Source of the DNA: an uncultured Clostridia bacterium
GTDB taxonomy: Bacteria > Bacillota > Clostridia > Christensenellales > Aristaeellaceae
Reading direction: 5' to 3'
NCBI GenBank assembly: GCA_944364075.1
Contig: CALVVZ010000001.1
Span: forward strand, 48-64,047
DNA length: 64,000 nucleotides
Part shown: positions 24,723 to 33,972 of the stretch, in pieces
How positions within the stretch are numbered: position 1 is the stretch's first letter
Layout: each line of letters begins with the position of its first letter
Made by a program: the position numbers and the translations under genes
Notes under the pieces: generated by a model
What the model was told of the DNA's origin: nothing
Database searches by the model: none
What the model saw: only the letters and a program-made list of their open reading frames with translations

Positions 24723-26358
24723 TTTGCTTTCCCTCCTCGTTAGGTTTGGTATGTTCCGTCGGCTCGGCAGGGGCCGCCGGTTTCATGTCATCAAAGGCCG
24801 CCATTTCCTTTTTCCGCTGCCGGATGTTGGAAAGCCAGTCGTTGCCGTTGTACTCGCTTGCCTCCTGCTCCTGAGTGGAAATGTTATTGGCGATACGCTC
24901 CGTGGCGGCTTTGACTTCCTTGAGCGGGTCAACATGGCCCATACTTGCGCCCATCCACATGCAGCCGCACCACGCCTGCCGGATGGCCGGATCGTCGAAG
25001 AATCCAGGAGCCTCAATGCGACCGGCAGCAACCGCCTCGGCCAGCCATGCCTCGTACACAGGCTGGTTGAAGCTGTTGTTGAATGCCGTGCGCCGCACGC
25101 GCACCTCGCGCCAGAAGTCCAGCAATGCGCCGCGTGCTGCGGTGTAATTGCTCTCGTACTTCTTAATCAGCACTTCCTTGGGAATCCCCATGCCTGCGCC
25201 GATAATCGTAATCAGCGTGGAAACAAAGCTCTCAAAGGCACTGTTGGCACGAATGGGGTTGATCTCCTGAATCTTCTTTCCAGGCGGCAGGGAGTAGATA
25301 GCTCCGGGCGCAAGCTCCAATTTCAGATCGTCGTCTGTAACCTTCTCGTCCTCATTCACCGCGTCCTCAAGGCCGGTCTTGCCGTCGTCGTCCGCACTGA
25401 CAACAAAAGCGGTCAACATGGCAGAAACCACATTGGCCGCAAGTTCGCTTGTCAGGTAACGGTCGAGCTGCTTGATCTGCTCGATCTGAGCCGCAACGAA
25501 AGGAATGCCGCGCCGCTGCTCCGGGCGCTCAACAACCATGATGTGCAGGATATTCGGGTAGCCGGTATCAGCGCCAAAAGCGTCAATCGGCTGCCACTCA
25601 ATCTCCTGCGTGCTGTTTTCCATCAGCGGGTGACGGTTGGCAATGTGGTAGCGGATCACCGTTCCGTCGCGGTCGATTTCCACGCCATCAATGATCCTGC
25701 CGCCGCCGTCCGTTTCCTTGCTCTCGCTGTCGCCGCCGGAGCTGTCCGGCGTGCTCACGCGGTCGGCTTCCAGAATGCGGATTACCGTCTGATACGGCGT
25801 GCGCTTGTTTTCCTTCATTCCGAAAAGCACAAACACATCGCCGCTCACAAGCTGACTGAGAAAAGCAAGCTGCTGCATGGTGTAGAAGTTCTTCTGCCGC
25901 TCTGCGTCACACATCACATTGTTGGCCCAAAGCTGAAATTCACGCTGCGCATTGCGCTCCCATTCGTCGCACGCCTCGTCGCTCAGTCCCAGCAGCTCAC
26001 CGTCGATCTTGGGTTTTGGCTGAATGCCCCAGCCTACAACGTTGGTGGTCAGCGTTGCAGGGCCGCTTCTGGCAAGGCCGCCGCCTGCGTACAGGTCGCG
26101 GGCACGTTGCCGGAGCAAAGCGCCGTGAAGGTCGATGTCGTCCTCTGCGCTGCCGCCGCCCACGATCCAGCCGATCATGCTGTTAAGGGTCGTGCTTGCG
26201 CCGTGATTTCCGTAGCCGCTGGCGGCCATGGTTTTGCGTTCCTTCTGGTCAGCCTGCCGCTCCCGCGCAATTCGTTCAAGGAATTTCTTGTTGCCGCGTT
26301 CGGGAGAGAGCAGGAAAAGCGCCCGTTCGCCCAAATTGGGCTGTTCTTGTTTCTTCAT
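24712..26358 (-). CDS. Portal protein (lambda family)
   Basis: 548 aa, located between the gpW-like gene and the protease. Confidence 0.88.
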   Translation of the reverse strand: MKKQEQPNLGERALFLLSPERGNKKFLERIARERQADQKERKTMAASGYGNHGASTTLNSMIGWIVGGGSAEDDIDLHGALLRQRARDLYAGGGLARSGPATLTTNVVGWGIQPKPKIDGELLGLSDEACDEWERNAQREFQLWANNVMCDAERQKNFYTMQQLAFLSQLVSGDVFVLFGMKENKRTPYQTVIRILEADRVSTPDSSGGDSESKETDGGGRIIDGVEIDRDGTVIRYHIANRHPLMENSTQEIEWQPIDAFGADTGYPNILHIMVVERPEQRRGIPFVAAQIEQIKQLDRYLTSELAANVVSAMLTAFVVSADDDGKTGLEDAVNEDEKVTDDDLKLELAPGAIYSLPPGKKIQEINPIRANSAFESFVSTLITIIGAGMGIPKEVLIKKYESNYTAARGALLDFWREVRVRRTAFNNSFNQPVYEAWLAEAVAAGRIEAPGFFDDPAIRQAWCGCMWMGASMGHVDPLKEVKAATERIANNISTQEQEASEYNGNDWLSNIRQRKKEMAAFDDMKPAAPAEPTEHTKPNEEGKQNAE

Positions 26359-26372
26359 CCTGATACCCTCCG

Positions 26373-26615
26373 TTACATGTCACGCGGAACGACGCGGACA
26401 ACTCTGCTCGTTCGCACCGTCCCGCTCAAAGCCTCGATCACGTTTGCGAAATACTCAATCCGCTTGGCGATCTCAGCAAGGTCAAACGCCGTATACTCTC
26501 GCGTGCCGACGCGGTAAGCCTTTGCCTGTCCGCTGGCAAGCGCCTTTTCGCAGTCCTTCCAGAGCTGCAGCTGCTCCCTGGCTTCCGCAAGGGTGTATGC
26601 ACTCGTAGCCGCCAT
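26373..26615 (-). CDS. Head-tail joining protein W-like
   Basis: 80 aa, located between terL and portal as in lambda. Confidence 0.6.
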   Translation of the reverse strand: MAATSAYTLAEAREQLQLWKDCEKALASGQAKAYRVGTREYTAFDLAEIAKRIEYFANVIEALSGTVRTSRVVRVVPRDM

Positions 26616-26628
26616 AGGCCGCCTCCTT

Positions 26629-28491
26629 TCAAACTTTGATGCCGCTGGAAATCACCCGGCGCGGCTTTTTCTTTTCCGCCTGCGCCTTTGTTATAGGCGC
26701 TTCCTCCGTGATGCCCAGCAGCATGCGCTCCAACTTGTTAAAGTCCCAATTAAAAAAGCGAAATGCGGCGCGGGCGTAATTTCGACAGTCCAGCGGTTCG
26801 TTTCGCTCGTATGTTTTTTCCCACGACGCCACACTTTGTCCGCGCACGCGCCGGATCACCATCTTCTCGGAACAAAGGCCACGGAAATACTCCATATCGT
26901 AGCCGCAGCGGTAATCCATGGGGAAGTGCATGTACCTGGGGCCGACAACCTCAACGGTCGTCGCGTGCATAATAGCAGCCTTTCCGCTGTCAACGCCGAT
27001 CATCAGCTTGGCGCTTTCGGCGTTTCGTGCGCTGCTTTTCATTTGGCGCACATACGGCTTTCCTTCGCCGCCGTCACCCTTGACAGCCCATACACGCTTT
27101 CCTTCACGCCTCGCACACTCTTTGTAGACCTCCTGGGTAAAGTGGCCGCCGGAATCGACGAAGGTTGCCAGGATGCGCATTTTCATGCCGTTCTTCATCT
27201 GCCATTCACGGTCAAGGAGATTGTCAATTTCCTCCCATACCGCCGGTGAATCCGGGCGACCGGGGATGATCCCGCGAGAAATGCCCCAGGATTCTTCATC
27301 CCGGCTCCATCCGACCACCTCATACTCAAGGCGGTTATCCTGCGTATCAACGCCCATGGTCAGCACCAAAACGCCGGATGGGATTTCCGCGTTGTAATGC
27401 TCCCGTCGTTCGTGCAGCTTCTCAGGCACGCCGCTGCGGTCGCGCAGCTCCCAGCTTTCGCCAAGCATGGTGTTGTGAAACACTTTGAGCAGTTCGGGAT
27501 CGTCCTTGGCTTGCAGGAAGGTCAGGGCAATGTCGTTCCAGTCAGACCACGGCGACATAAAGGCGTTTAACCGAAAAGAGCGCACGCCGTTTTGCAGCGC
27601 ACGCTCGTTTTTCACTACCCATTTTGCAGGCAGCCGCTTCGCCTCGTATTCCGGCGTTTCCCGCTGGCAAACAGGGCATTGCCACCGGGAATTTCGCACG
27701 GTATAGTTGGTTTCGCCGTTTTCGTCTTTGAACTTCTCCTTGTCAAACTTTATATCGTTGAAGTGGATATAGCTGTATTGGTGGCAGTGCGGGCATTGCG
27801 TGTGCCATTCTTCCTGTGTGCCTTTCATGTAAGCCTTCTCAATCTTGCTCGCGCCCTTTATGGTCGGTGTGCTGGTCTTGACGATCTTGCGGTTATGGCG
27901 GAACGTTTCTGTTCTGCGTTCCGCCAGCTCGATAGGATCACCTTCCGTTCCGGCGCTGGCCGGGAATCGGTCGATCTCGTCCAGAAAGATATAGCGTACA
28001 GGCTTTGATGCCAGATCGGAAGGACTGTTCGCGCCGATGATTGCCAGTGATCCGCCGGGGAAGGTTTTCATGGTGATGGTGTTCGCGGCATCGCGCCCCT
28101 TTGCCTTGAAAACCTTGTCACGCAGAGTAGGGCAGGCGGCGAACATAGGAGCAATTCGGCGCTTGGAATAGTCCTCCGCAACCTTGTCCGTCGGCTGAAC
28201 ATAGAGCATCGGCCCCGGATCGTTGTCAATCGCTCGGCCCAGCATGTTCAGCTCGATTTCAGATTTGCCCACCTGGGCAGAAGCCATAACCACGATCTCG
28301 TATACGCCCGGTTGGGTAAATGCGTCCATGATCTCGCGCTGATATGGCGCTCGATCCGTGCGCCATGGACCCGGTTCACTCGCGCTCTCTGAGGTAAGCA
28401 CTCGGTTTTCGTCCGCCCATTCAGATACGGTCTGCGGCTTCGGCGGACGAAACATGGAGTAGGTGAAGCGCAAGAGTTCCCGCAAGTCCAT
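26629..28491 (-). CDS. Terminase large subunit (lambda GpA family)
   Basis: 620 aa. Walker-type ATPase N-terminus (VVMASAQVGKSE) and paired CxxC motifs (CPHCHQ ... CPVCQ) typical of GpA terminases. Confidence 0.9.
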   Translation of the reverse strand: MDLRELLRFTYSMFRPPKPQTVSEWADENRVLTSESASEPGPWRTDRAPYQREIMDAFTQPGVYEIVVMASAQVGKSEIELNMLGRAIDNDPGPMLYVQPTDKVAEDYSKRRIAPMFAACPTLRDKVFKAKGRDAANTITMKTFPGGSLAIIGANSPSDLASKPVRYIFLDEIDRFPASAGTEGDPIELAERRTETFRHNRKIVKTSTPTIKGASKIEKAYMKGTQEEWHTQCPHCHQYSYIHFNDIKFDKEKFKDENGETNYTVRNSRWQCPVCQRETPEYEAKRLPAKWVVKNERALQNGVRSFRLNAFMSPWSDWNDIALTFLQAKDDPELLKVFHNTMLGESWELRDRSGVPEKLHERREHYNAEIPSGVLVLTMGVDTQDNRLEYEVVGWSRDEESWGISRGIIPGRPDSPAVWEEIDNLLDREWQMKNGMKMRILATFVDSGGHFTQEVYKECARREGKRVWAVKGDGGEGKPYVRQMKSSARNAESAKLMIGVDSGKAAIMHATTVEVVGPRYMHFPMDYRCGYDMEYFRGLCSEKMVIRRVRGQSVASWEKTYERNEPLDCRNYARAAFRFFNWDFNKLERMLLGITEEAPITKAQAEKKKPRRVISSGIKV

Positions 28492-29007
28492 TTATTCCTC
28501 CTCGCTTTCCTCCTCGTCCGTTTCTTCGGAAGCCGCCTCAAGCGGGAGCGGCGTTTCGGATATTTGCGTAAGTGTATCTCGTATCTCTCCGTCAATTATG
28601 CTGGCGATCATTTCCACATCCTTCATCATCACCAGCCTGGGAGAAACTTTGCTCGGCAGGCGGAGCATGTTTTGCATCACAGTATCGGCAACGCCGCCCC
28701 ACAGCCTGCGTATTTCGTAAACATCCACCAGCTTTCCCTCAAGGCGGGCCACTTCAAGCTCTGTCTTTCGGGTTTTGACGATCTCATGCTTGGCCTTTAC
28801 TTCGTCGAGCGTCTGGTCATCGCCGGTTTCGTTGTCTACGTTGTATTGCACCCATCGCTGCACAAAAAGAGCGAGGTCGTACTTGCCGCCCTCGCCCTTG
28901 ACAAACAGTTTTCCGTTCTCCGGCAAGCCCATGTCAATATCATGCAGTCGCCGGTATGTGTAGCCTGCAATGGTTGCAAGCTCTTTCTTGGTCAGATAAA
29001 TGCCCAT
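28492..29007 (-). CDS. Terminase small subunit
   Basis: 171 aa immediately upstream of terL, with an N-terminal HTH-like segment (LTKKELATIAGYTYRRL) and an acidic tail. Confidence 0.7.
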   Translation of the reverse strand: MGIYLTKKELATIAGYTYRRLHDIDMGLPENGKLFVKGEGGKYDLALFVQRWVQYNVDNETGDDQTLDEVKAKHEIVKTRKTELEVARLEGKLVDVYEIRRLWGGVADTVMQNMLRLPSKVSPRLVMMKDVEMIASIIDGEIRDTLTQISETPLPLEAASEETDEEESEEE

Positions 29008-29011
29008 ACGA

Positions 29012-29644
29012 TCACCTGCATTTGCTGATGAGGTAGGCGTGTTCGTGTTCCAGGCGCTTCATCAGGGTTTCCATGATGTCCTCCTGCACGTCCTCCTTGG
29101 AACGATTGAGAGGCATCTGAGGGACGCCCAGGCCCACCACGCGGGTGATAGGAAGTCTGTCCTTGCCGGTTCGCGTGAACGTAGCGCCGCCAAGCGAGGA
29201 GCCGAGATTTCGGAACGGAGGATTTCCGCCCTGATGGCTCATGTTCCCTGGCAGCGTGCTTCCCTGGCCCTTGACGATTTTTGCGTTGATCTTGTAGCGC
29301 CTGCCGCGTGCGGCGTTCCAGCCGTGAGCGCCGCCGCTGGCCTTGAATCTGCCGCCAATGGAGCCACGCGCTCCGTCAATGGGGATGGAGCAGCTTACGC
29401 CCATGCCTCCTCCGCCGATGGTCGTTCGCGGGCTTCCAACATGGCTGCCCACCCAGCTTGCTTTGACTTCGTAATCCTGCGGAATCTGCTGCCGCATGAT
29501 TGTCTTCACGCGCCCGCCGGTTCGCTTGAAAGCGCGATAGAGGAGCTGGTTCATTTCGTGTTCCGTATGCACAGCGCGAAGGGCGTCAATGGTTTTCTTG
29601 GCATCGCTGATGTCGATATCCAGATAAATAGCGTTTCCGGCCAC
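29012..29644 (-). CDS. First gene of the late operon; possibly minor tail protein Z / HK97 gp10-like
   Basis: GTG at 29644 lies 6 nt after a GGAGGGG Shine-Dalgarno. The longest ORF uses TTG 29683, inside the leader hairpin. Gly/Arg-rich central region. Confidence 0.5.
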   Translation of the reverse strand: MAGNAIYLDIDISDAKKTIDALRAVHTEHEMNQLLYRAFKRTGGRVKTIMRQQIPQDYEVKASWVGSHVGSPRTTIGGGGMGVSCSIPIDGARGSIGGRFKASGGAHGWNAARGRRYKINAKIVKGQGSTLPGNMSHQGGNPPFRNLGSSLGGATFTRTGKDRLPITRVVGLGVPQMPLNRSKEDVQEDIMETLMKRLEHEHAYLISKCR

Positions 29645-29667
29645 AATCAACCCCTCCGATCTGTCGA

Positions 29668-29701
29668 AATAGAAAATGGGCAACGGTTATATCCGTTACC
29701 C
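29668..29701 (-). terminator. Intrinsic terminator in the late-operon leader
   Basis: Minus strand reads GGGTAACGG-ATATAA-CCGTTGCCC (29678..29701) followed by ATTTTCTATTT. It lies about 12 nt after the predicted late transcription start. Confidence 0.6.
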
Positions 29702-29719
29702 ATCTCTTGCGACAATAGC

Positions 29720-29748
29720 ATTATAGCATGTGCCGTATGTAATTTCAA
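29720..29748 (-). promoter_or_regulatory. Late-operon promoter (TTGAAA-17-TATAAT)
   Basis: -35 is plus 29743..29748 (tttcaa) and -10 is plus 29720..29725 (attata), with a 17-nt spacer. Confidence 0.65.
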
Positions 29749-29761
29749 CACTTTTGGAAAA

Positions 29762-30238
29762 TTATTTTTCAACGTAGTACCGTTCACGCCAAACAACACT
29801 TTCCATGTCCCGCGCCTGTTCAATGGCATTCCTGGCATTTTCAAAGCCCCGCCGTGTCATGTTCAACTCCCGCTGCACCGTTGCGGCAGGGATTTGATCG
29901 ACGTAGAGCATGGTAACAAACGTCCTCATGGTTCGGCTCGGAATGCCGTTGATGATCTTCTCAGCCGCTTTCAGCTCTCGTGTGTATATGGCAATCTGTT
30001 CCCGGTGTTCCTCGTTGATCCCGGCGATGGCTGCGAAAGCGGCGTCGAAGCCGGACGGAATACCCTTTCCGCTTGGCATACCTGTTATGTGCTGCGATAT
30101 GCTGAACATCCGATCGCGCTGCCATTCACACCTTTTTTCAAGGCTGCACACATCCTGCATCACATACAACACCCGTGCAAGCAGGGGGATGTCCCGGTTT
30201 TTTACAATCCTCGGCTTCTGAACCGCTTGCTCGTTCAT
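29762..30238 (-). CDS. Late-gene regulator (sigma-70 region-4-like / RinA-ArpU-DUF1492-type, or an antiterminator)
   Basis: 158 aa from the ATG at 30238, which has an AGAGGTG Shine-Dalgarno. C-terminal HTH-like segment (IPAATVQRELNMTRRGFENARNAIEQA). It is the last early gene, directly upstream of the late promoter. Confidence 0.5.
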   Translation of the reverse strand: MNEQAVQKPRIVKNRDIPLLARVLYVMQDVCSLEKRCEWQRDRMFSISQHITGMPSGKGIPSGFDAAFAAIAGINEEHREQIAIYTRELKAAEKIINGIPSRTMRTFVTMLYVDQIPAATVQRELNMTRRGFENARNAIEQARDMESVVWRERYYVEK

Positions 30239-30276
30239 ATTGTCACCTCTTTCAAAAGCGCAAATGTTTTCGCTTT

Positions 30277-30597
30277 TTATTCTTTGCTCGTCGGCCTGCT
30301 CTGCGCCGTGAAGCGCAGGCAGCCGGGATTGTTCTTGATCCGTTTTCGCAGGATCAGGAATTTGCGGATAAGGAAATATGGGTAGAAGATCAGCATTACC
30401 ATGTGACCCAGCGCAATGATGATGCACACCGCCAGATACACAAGCCCGTCAAAGGCCATCCCTGCGGCGTCTATCATGTCCTCGCCGTTTTCGTTGATCT
30501 CCTCCAGCAGCCCAAGCCTCATGTGCAGGCACGCCCTCACGGGATGCTCCACAATCAGCCGTTCCAGCTCCTCGCCGGTTTTCGGTTCCTGGATCAT
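30277..30597 (-). CDS. Hypothetical membrane protein (106 aa)
   Basis: The ATG at 30597 overlaps the upstream stop as ATGA. Hydrophobic segment LVYLAVCIIIALGHMVMLIFYPYFLI. Confidence 0.5.
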   Translation of the reverse strand: MIQEPKTGEELERLIVEHPVRACLHMRLGLLEEINENGEDMIDAAGMAFDGLVYLAVCIIIALGHMVMLIFYPYFLIRKFLILRKRIKNNPGCLRFTAQSRPTSKE

Positions 30598-30974
30598 CAG
30601 CACCCACCGCCCTTTGCATCCACATCTGGCCGCTTATCGAATACGCTGAGCGGGCGCGTCAGGTATGTGTCGGTCACATAGGCAAACGTATCGCGCACAG
30701 CCTCGTCGGCTGACACACCCTTGTTGATCCTGTTCATAATCCAGTCTTTGATATATGCCGCCGCTTCTCCGCAATCAAGGGAGCTTGCATTCGACAGTCG
30801 GACGGCAAGCGTCCATATGCGACCGGCAAGATCGTCGTCCGGCATTTTCTCAAACCTTCGCAGCACGCATACAAATTCTTCTACGGACTGGTAATGCTTC
30901 TGTATGTACGGCACTCCCTCTGTCCGGGGCCGCCTGAACAAAAACGGCAGGATGATATTCAAGGGGTTTACCAT
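30597..30974 (-). CDS. Hypothetical protein (125 aa)
   Basis: The ATG at 30974 overlaps the Dcm stop as TAATG, with a GGAGG Shine-Dalgarno. Confidence 0.55.
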   Translation of the reverse strand: MVNPLNIILPFLFRRPRTEGVPYIQKHYQSVEEFVCVLRRFEKMPDDDLAGRIWTLAVRLSNASSLDCGEAAAYIKDWIMNRINKGVSADEAVRDTFAYVTDTYLTRPLSVFDKRPDVDAKGGGC

Positions 30975-32617
30975 TATCCCGCCTCCTTCATTTCGCACAG
31001 CTCCGGCAGATTGGCCCGCACAAGTGCCGTCGGGATCGGCGGGCATACAGCATTGCCGCAGCGGGCCACCTGTTCGGATTTGGGGTATGGCTTGCCGTCG
31101 GCGTCCACGTCGATGATGTAGTCCGACGGGAAGCCCTGGGCGTCAAACAGTTCTCTCGGCGTCAGCATCCGCAGGCCGATATCCACAATCCTGTAATCCT
31201 CGCCGTGTACGGTCACAAGCCCCATTCGATCCTTGGCTGTAATGGTGGGCGCAGGAAGGTCGCAGGAAACAGCATTGTCGCCGGAGCCGTAATACTTCAC
31301 CAGAAATGCTTTCACTTCGCCGAAATGGTTTGTGTGAGCCGTCATCGTGTTCAACGGAGATTCCACGCTTTGCCCGTCACAGTTGTTATTAAACTGCGTT
31401 ACATATGCAGCGCACACAGCATTGTGGTCAATCGCCGTTACCGTCGGCAATGGATTTTCGACACTGGCAGCTACGTTATCCCCGCCGTAAAACTTGGAAA
31501 TGAAGGTCGATACCAGCCCGTAGCGGTTGCTGCTGTCCACGGTCAGGATGGGCTTGTCTACCGTCTGGCCGCGCACGTCCTCGCTCTGTTCGCTGTGATA
31601 CTGGATCATGGATGGGGCAATCAGCATGTGATGGCCGCCGGTGGTGATCGTTCCGATGGGTTCCCGCGCATCGCTGCCCACGGCATTCTCGTTGTTCCGC
31701 ATCAGTACAGGGGCGCACACACAATGCTCTGCCTTTGAAACAACCGTCCGCAAAGGCTCGTCAATGCTGTGCTGCCTGCCGTCGCCCGCAAAGCCGGTTT
31801 GCCCAATGGAAACGATGAAGGGCTTGGGGTTGTTGACTACAAACTTCATCAGCCCACGCGCAATGCGCTTCATGGTGTTCTCAGAGAGCGGGCGCACAGC
31901 GCGGATGCCGTACTGTTCCATGATCTCCTCACTGCTGGCGAAGATCGACGGGCAGGGCAAGGAAAAATCCAGAACCTCAGAAACGGGAACCCACGGTTTC
32001 TTGCTGCCCATCCGTACCTCGATGCTGTCCGGCGCAGCATGTGTCGGCTCCGGCCATACGATTTTTTGCCCATCGCAGCGGGCAATCAGGAAAAACCGCT
32101 TGCGGATCGTCGGCGCTCCGTAGTCGCAGGCACGCAGCAGCCGGTACTCCACATGATAGCCCAGCTTCTCAAGCTGGCCCACAAAGCGCCGGAAGGTTTC
32201 GCCCTTGTAGCGCGGATCGGGCCGGTTCTTCTCGTCCAGTCGGCCCCAGTCCTGGAACTCCTCCACATTTTCCAGCATAATCACGCGGGGCTTGACGGCC
32301 TTTGCCCACTTCACAGCCACCCACGCGAGGCCGCGAATCTTCTTGCTGACCGGCTTTCCGCCCTTGGCCTTGGAGTGATGCTTGCAGTCCGGCGAGAACC
32401 AGGCGAGAGCGACCGGGCGACCGGCGCAAGCCTCCACCGGGTCAACTTTCCACACGTCCTCGGTGTAATGCTCCGTCGTCGGGTGGTTTGCGCGGTGCAT
32501 GGCGATGGCTGCCGGATCGTGGTTGATGGCAATATCCACGCTGCGGCCTATGGCGATCTCAATGCCGGTGGAAGCGCCGCCGCCACCGGCGAAGTTATCT
32601 ACTACGATCTCATTCAT
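30974..32617 (-). CDS. DNA (cytosine-5)-methyltransferase, orphan, 547 aa
   Basis: Motif I DNFAGGGG, motif IV FSPDCKHHS, ENV (IMLENV), QGFP and GNAVCPPI. There is a very long variable region between ENV and QGFP. No adjacent endonuclease gene is seen. Confidence 0.9.
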   Translation of the reverse strand: MNEIVVDNFAGGGGASTGIEIAIGRSVDIAINHDPAAIAMHRANHPTTEHYTEDVWKVDPVEACAGRPVALAWFSPDCKHHSKAKGGKPVSKKIRGLAWVAVKWAKAVKPRVIMLENVEEFQDWGRLDEKNRPDPRYKGETFRRFVGQLEKLGYHVEYRLLRACDYGAPTIRKRFFLIARCDGQKIVWPEPTHAAPDSIEVRMGSKKPWVPVSEVLDFSLPCPSIFASSEEIMEQYGIRAVRPLSENTMKRIARGLMKFVVNNPKPFIVSIGQTGFAGDGRQHSIDEPLRTVVSKAEHCVCAPVLMRNNENAVGSDAREPIGTITTGGHHMLIAPSMIQYHSEQSEDVRGQTVDKPILTVDSSNRYGLVSTFISKFYGGDNVAASVENPLPTVTAIDHNAVCAAYVTQFNNNCDGQSVESPLNTMTAHTNHFGEVKAFLVKYYGSGDNAVSCDLPAPTITAKDRMGLVTVHGEDYRIVDIGLRMLTPRELFDAQGFPSDYIIDVDADGKPYPKSEQVARCGNAVCPPIPTALVRANLPELCEMKEAG

Positions 32618-32864
32618 GGCCCTGGCCCTCCATTCCGTTTTCGATATAGCGCTTGAATGCTTCGCCCAGCCCCATATCTACAATCACTTCGGTCAGAGCC
32701 TCCGCCACCGCGAAAAGCACTTCCGGCCTGCTTGTTCCCAGGTGAAAAACCATATCCTGGCCCTTGGCCTCAAACAGAACGCCCTCCTCGGCGTGGTATT
32801 TCGTCCCATCGGCGTACAGCACATCAAACTGCACGTCGGTACTGGTCTTTATGGTGTCTGCCAT
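32610..32864 (-). CDS. Hypothetical protein (84 aa)
   Basis: ORF in operon register. Confidence 0.5.
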   Translation of the reverse strand: MADTIKTSTDVQFDVLYADGTKYHAEEGVLFEAKGQDMVFHLGTSRPEVLFAVAEALTEVIVDMGLGEAFKRYIENGMEGQGHE

Positions 32865-32881
32865 GGTAATTCTCCTTTGTG

Positions 32882-33091
32882 TTATTCATCGTCGCCGAAG
32901 TCCCGGAGATATTCTTCCTCGGTGATCTGGCGCAGCCGTCCGGCACAGCAAGGGATCTGCTGCTCCGCGAAAGCCATTACATCCTCCGGCGCGTCCGGGC
33001 CATTGAAACCAACACACAGTCCGGCCTCGTCGGTTTCTCCCGTTTCAGGATCATAACAGCCATTGATGGCAAAGTAAAAGCGTTTGCTCAC
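32882..33091 (-). CDS. Hypothetical acidic protein (69 aa)
   Basis: GTG at 33091 lies 7 nt after an AAGGAGG Shine-Dalgarno and overlaps the upstream stop as GTGA. The longest ORF reaches 33154. Confidence 0.5.
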   Translation of the reverse strand: MSKRFYFAINGCYDPETGETDEAGLCVGFNGPDAPEDVMAFAEQQIPCCAGRLRQITEEEYLRDFGDDE

Positions 33092-33468
33092 GGATGAACC
33101 TCCTTCACTTCTTTGATCCATTCCTTGGGGATTCTCCCATGGAATACGCGCCAATTCTCGCTGCCAGCAAATCCCCTAAACAGATCATCGCAAGCCGGGA
33201 ATAGCGTCGTAATTCCAAATCGACTATACAATTTGCCGCACTCTGTTTCTGGAATCTCGATGGTCAATCTCCATGCGGTGCGGTCGTATTTGATGGCATT
33301 CCGTGTTGCCCAGCTCTGTTTGTTTGGGTCTGGATCGACCGTAAGCCATGTGTAGCCGTAATATATCCTGAATCCAGTGGGTGTAGGCTCTGCAAGTGCG
33401 CCCTTTGTCAAACCCTGCCGCAAAATGGATTTGATATGCTTTGCTGCGCAGAAGTGGTAAAGGATCAT
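33088..33468 (-). CDS. Hypothetical protein (126 aa)
   Basis: ORF in register with ATGA coupling to the upstream gene. Confidence 0.55.
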   Translation of the reverse strand: MILYHFCAAKHIKSILRQGLTKGALAEPTPTGFRIYYGYTWLTVDPDPNKQSWATRNAIKYDRTAWRLTIEIPETECGKLYSRFGITTLFPACDDLFRGFAGSENWRVFHGRIPKEWIKEVKEVHP

Positions 33469-33701
33469 ACTGCATCCCTCACTTCCAGTAGCAGCGCCTT
33501 GCCGATCTCATGCGCAGCGCCGCCGATGTTATTCAAGCTCGACCGGCCATCCTGCCATTTCGCCATAAAAGCATCGCGCTTTGCAGGATCGTCGATAGCT
33601 TCCAGCGCGGCGTTATATCTGGCTCTGTCCTCAAAGCCGCCCAGCATATGGAAGGGGAAACTCTGGGTACCATCCAAGCCCTGTATCGAATCCACCGCCA
33701 T
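33465..33701 (-). CDS. Hypothetical protein (start uncertain)
   Basis: C-terminal part of ORF 33465..34022. Candidate starts are 33701 or 33647. The upstream part of that ORF overlaps a better gene in another frame. Confidence 0.4.
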   Translation of the reverse strand: MAVDSIQGLDGTQSFPFHMLGGFEDRARYNAALEAIDDPAKRDAFMAKWQDGRSSLNNIGGAAHEIGKALLLEVRDAV

Positions 33702-33966
33702 TGTCGCATTCGATGAAATACGGCTTTTCCGATATCGGCTTATCGTGATATCCGCAGTACGGGCCATATACCTCCGTTCCGGGGCCATCTGGGTCTGTCC
33801 AGTCCGGCACAGTCGCGCAGCATGCTGATATGCCGTGAATGCAGGTGATGCAGTGCCGTTTTGCAGGGTTGTTTTTGCAGGATGCTTCATGGACTGCAGC
33901 TGTGTGTGGGAGCTTGAGCAGCTTCCCGCAGTAGTCGCATTTGAAAGCCTCAACCTTTGATGGCAA
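33631..33966 (-). CDS. Cys-rich (zinc-finger-like) protein (111 aa)
   Basis: CDYC ... C ... CITCIHGISACC ... C clusters. TTG start at 33966. Confidence 0.5.
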   Translation of the reverse strand: MPSKVEAFKCDYCGKLLKLPHTAAVHEASCKNNPAKRHCITCIHGISACCATVPDWTDPDGPGTEVYGPYCGYHDKPISEKPYFIECDNGGGFDTGLGWYPEFPLPYAGRL

Positions 33967-33972
33967 TGCCGC

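Noticed and set aside
29645-29683. TTG start at 29683 for the first late gene (the longest ORF).
   Set aside because: That start lies inside the leader terminator hairpin and has no Shine-Dalgarno. GTG 29644 sits 6 nt after GGAGGGG.
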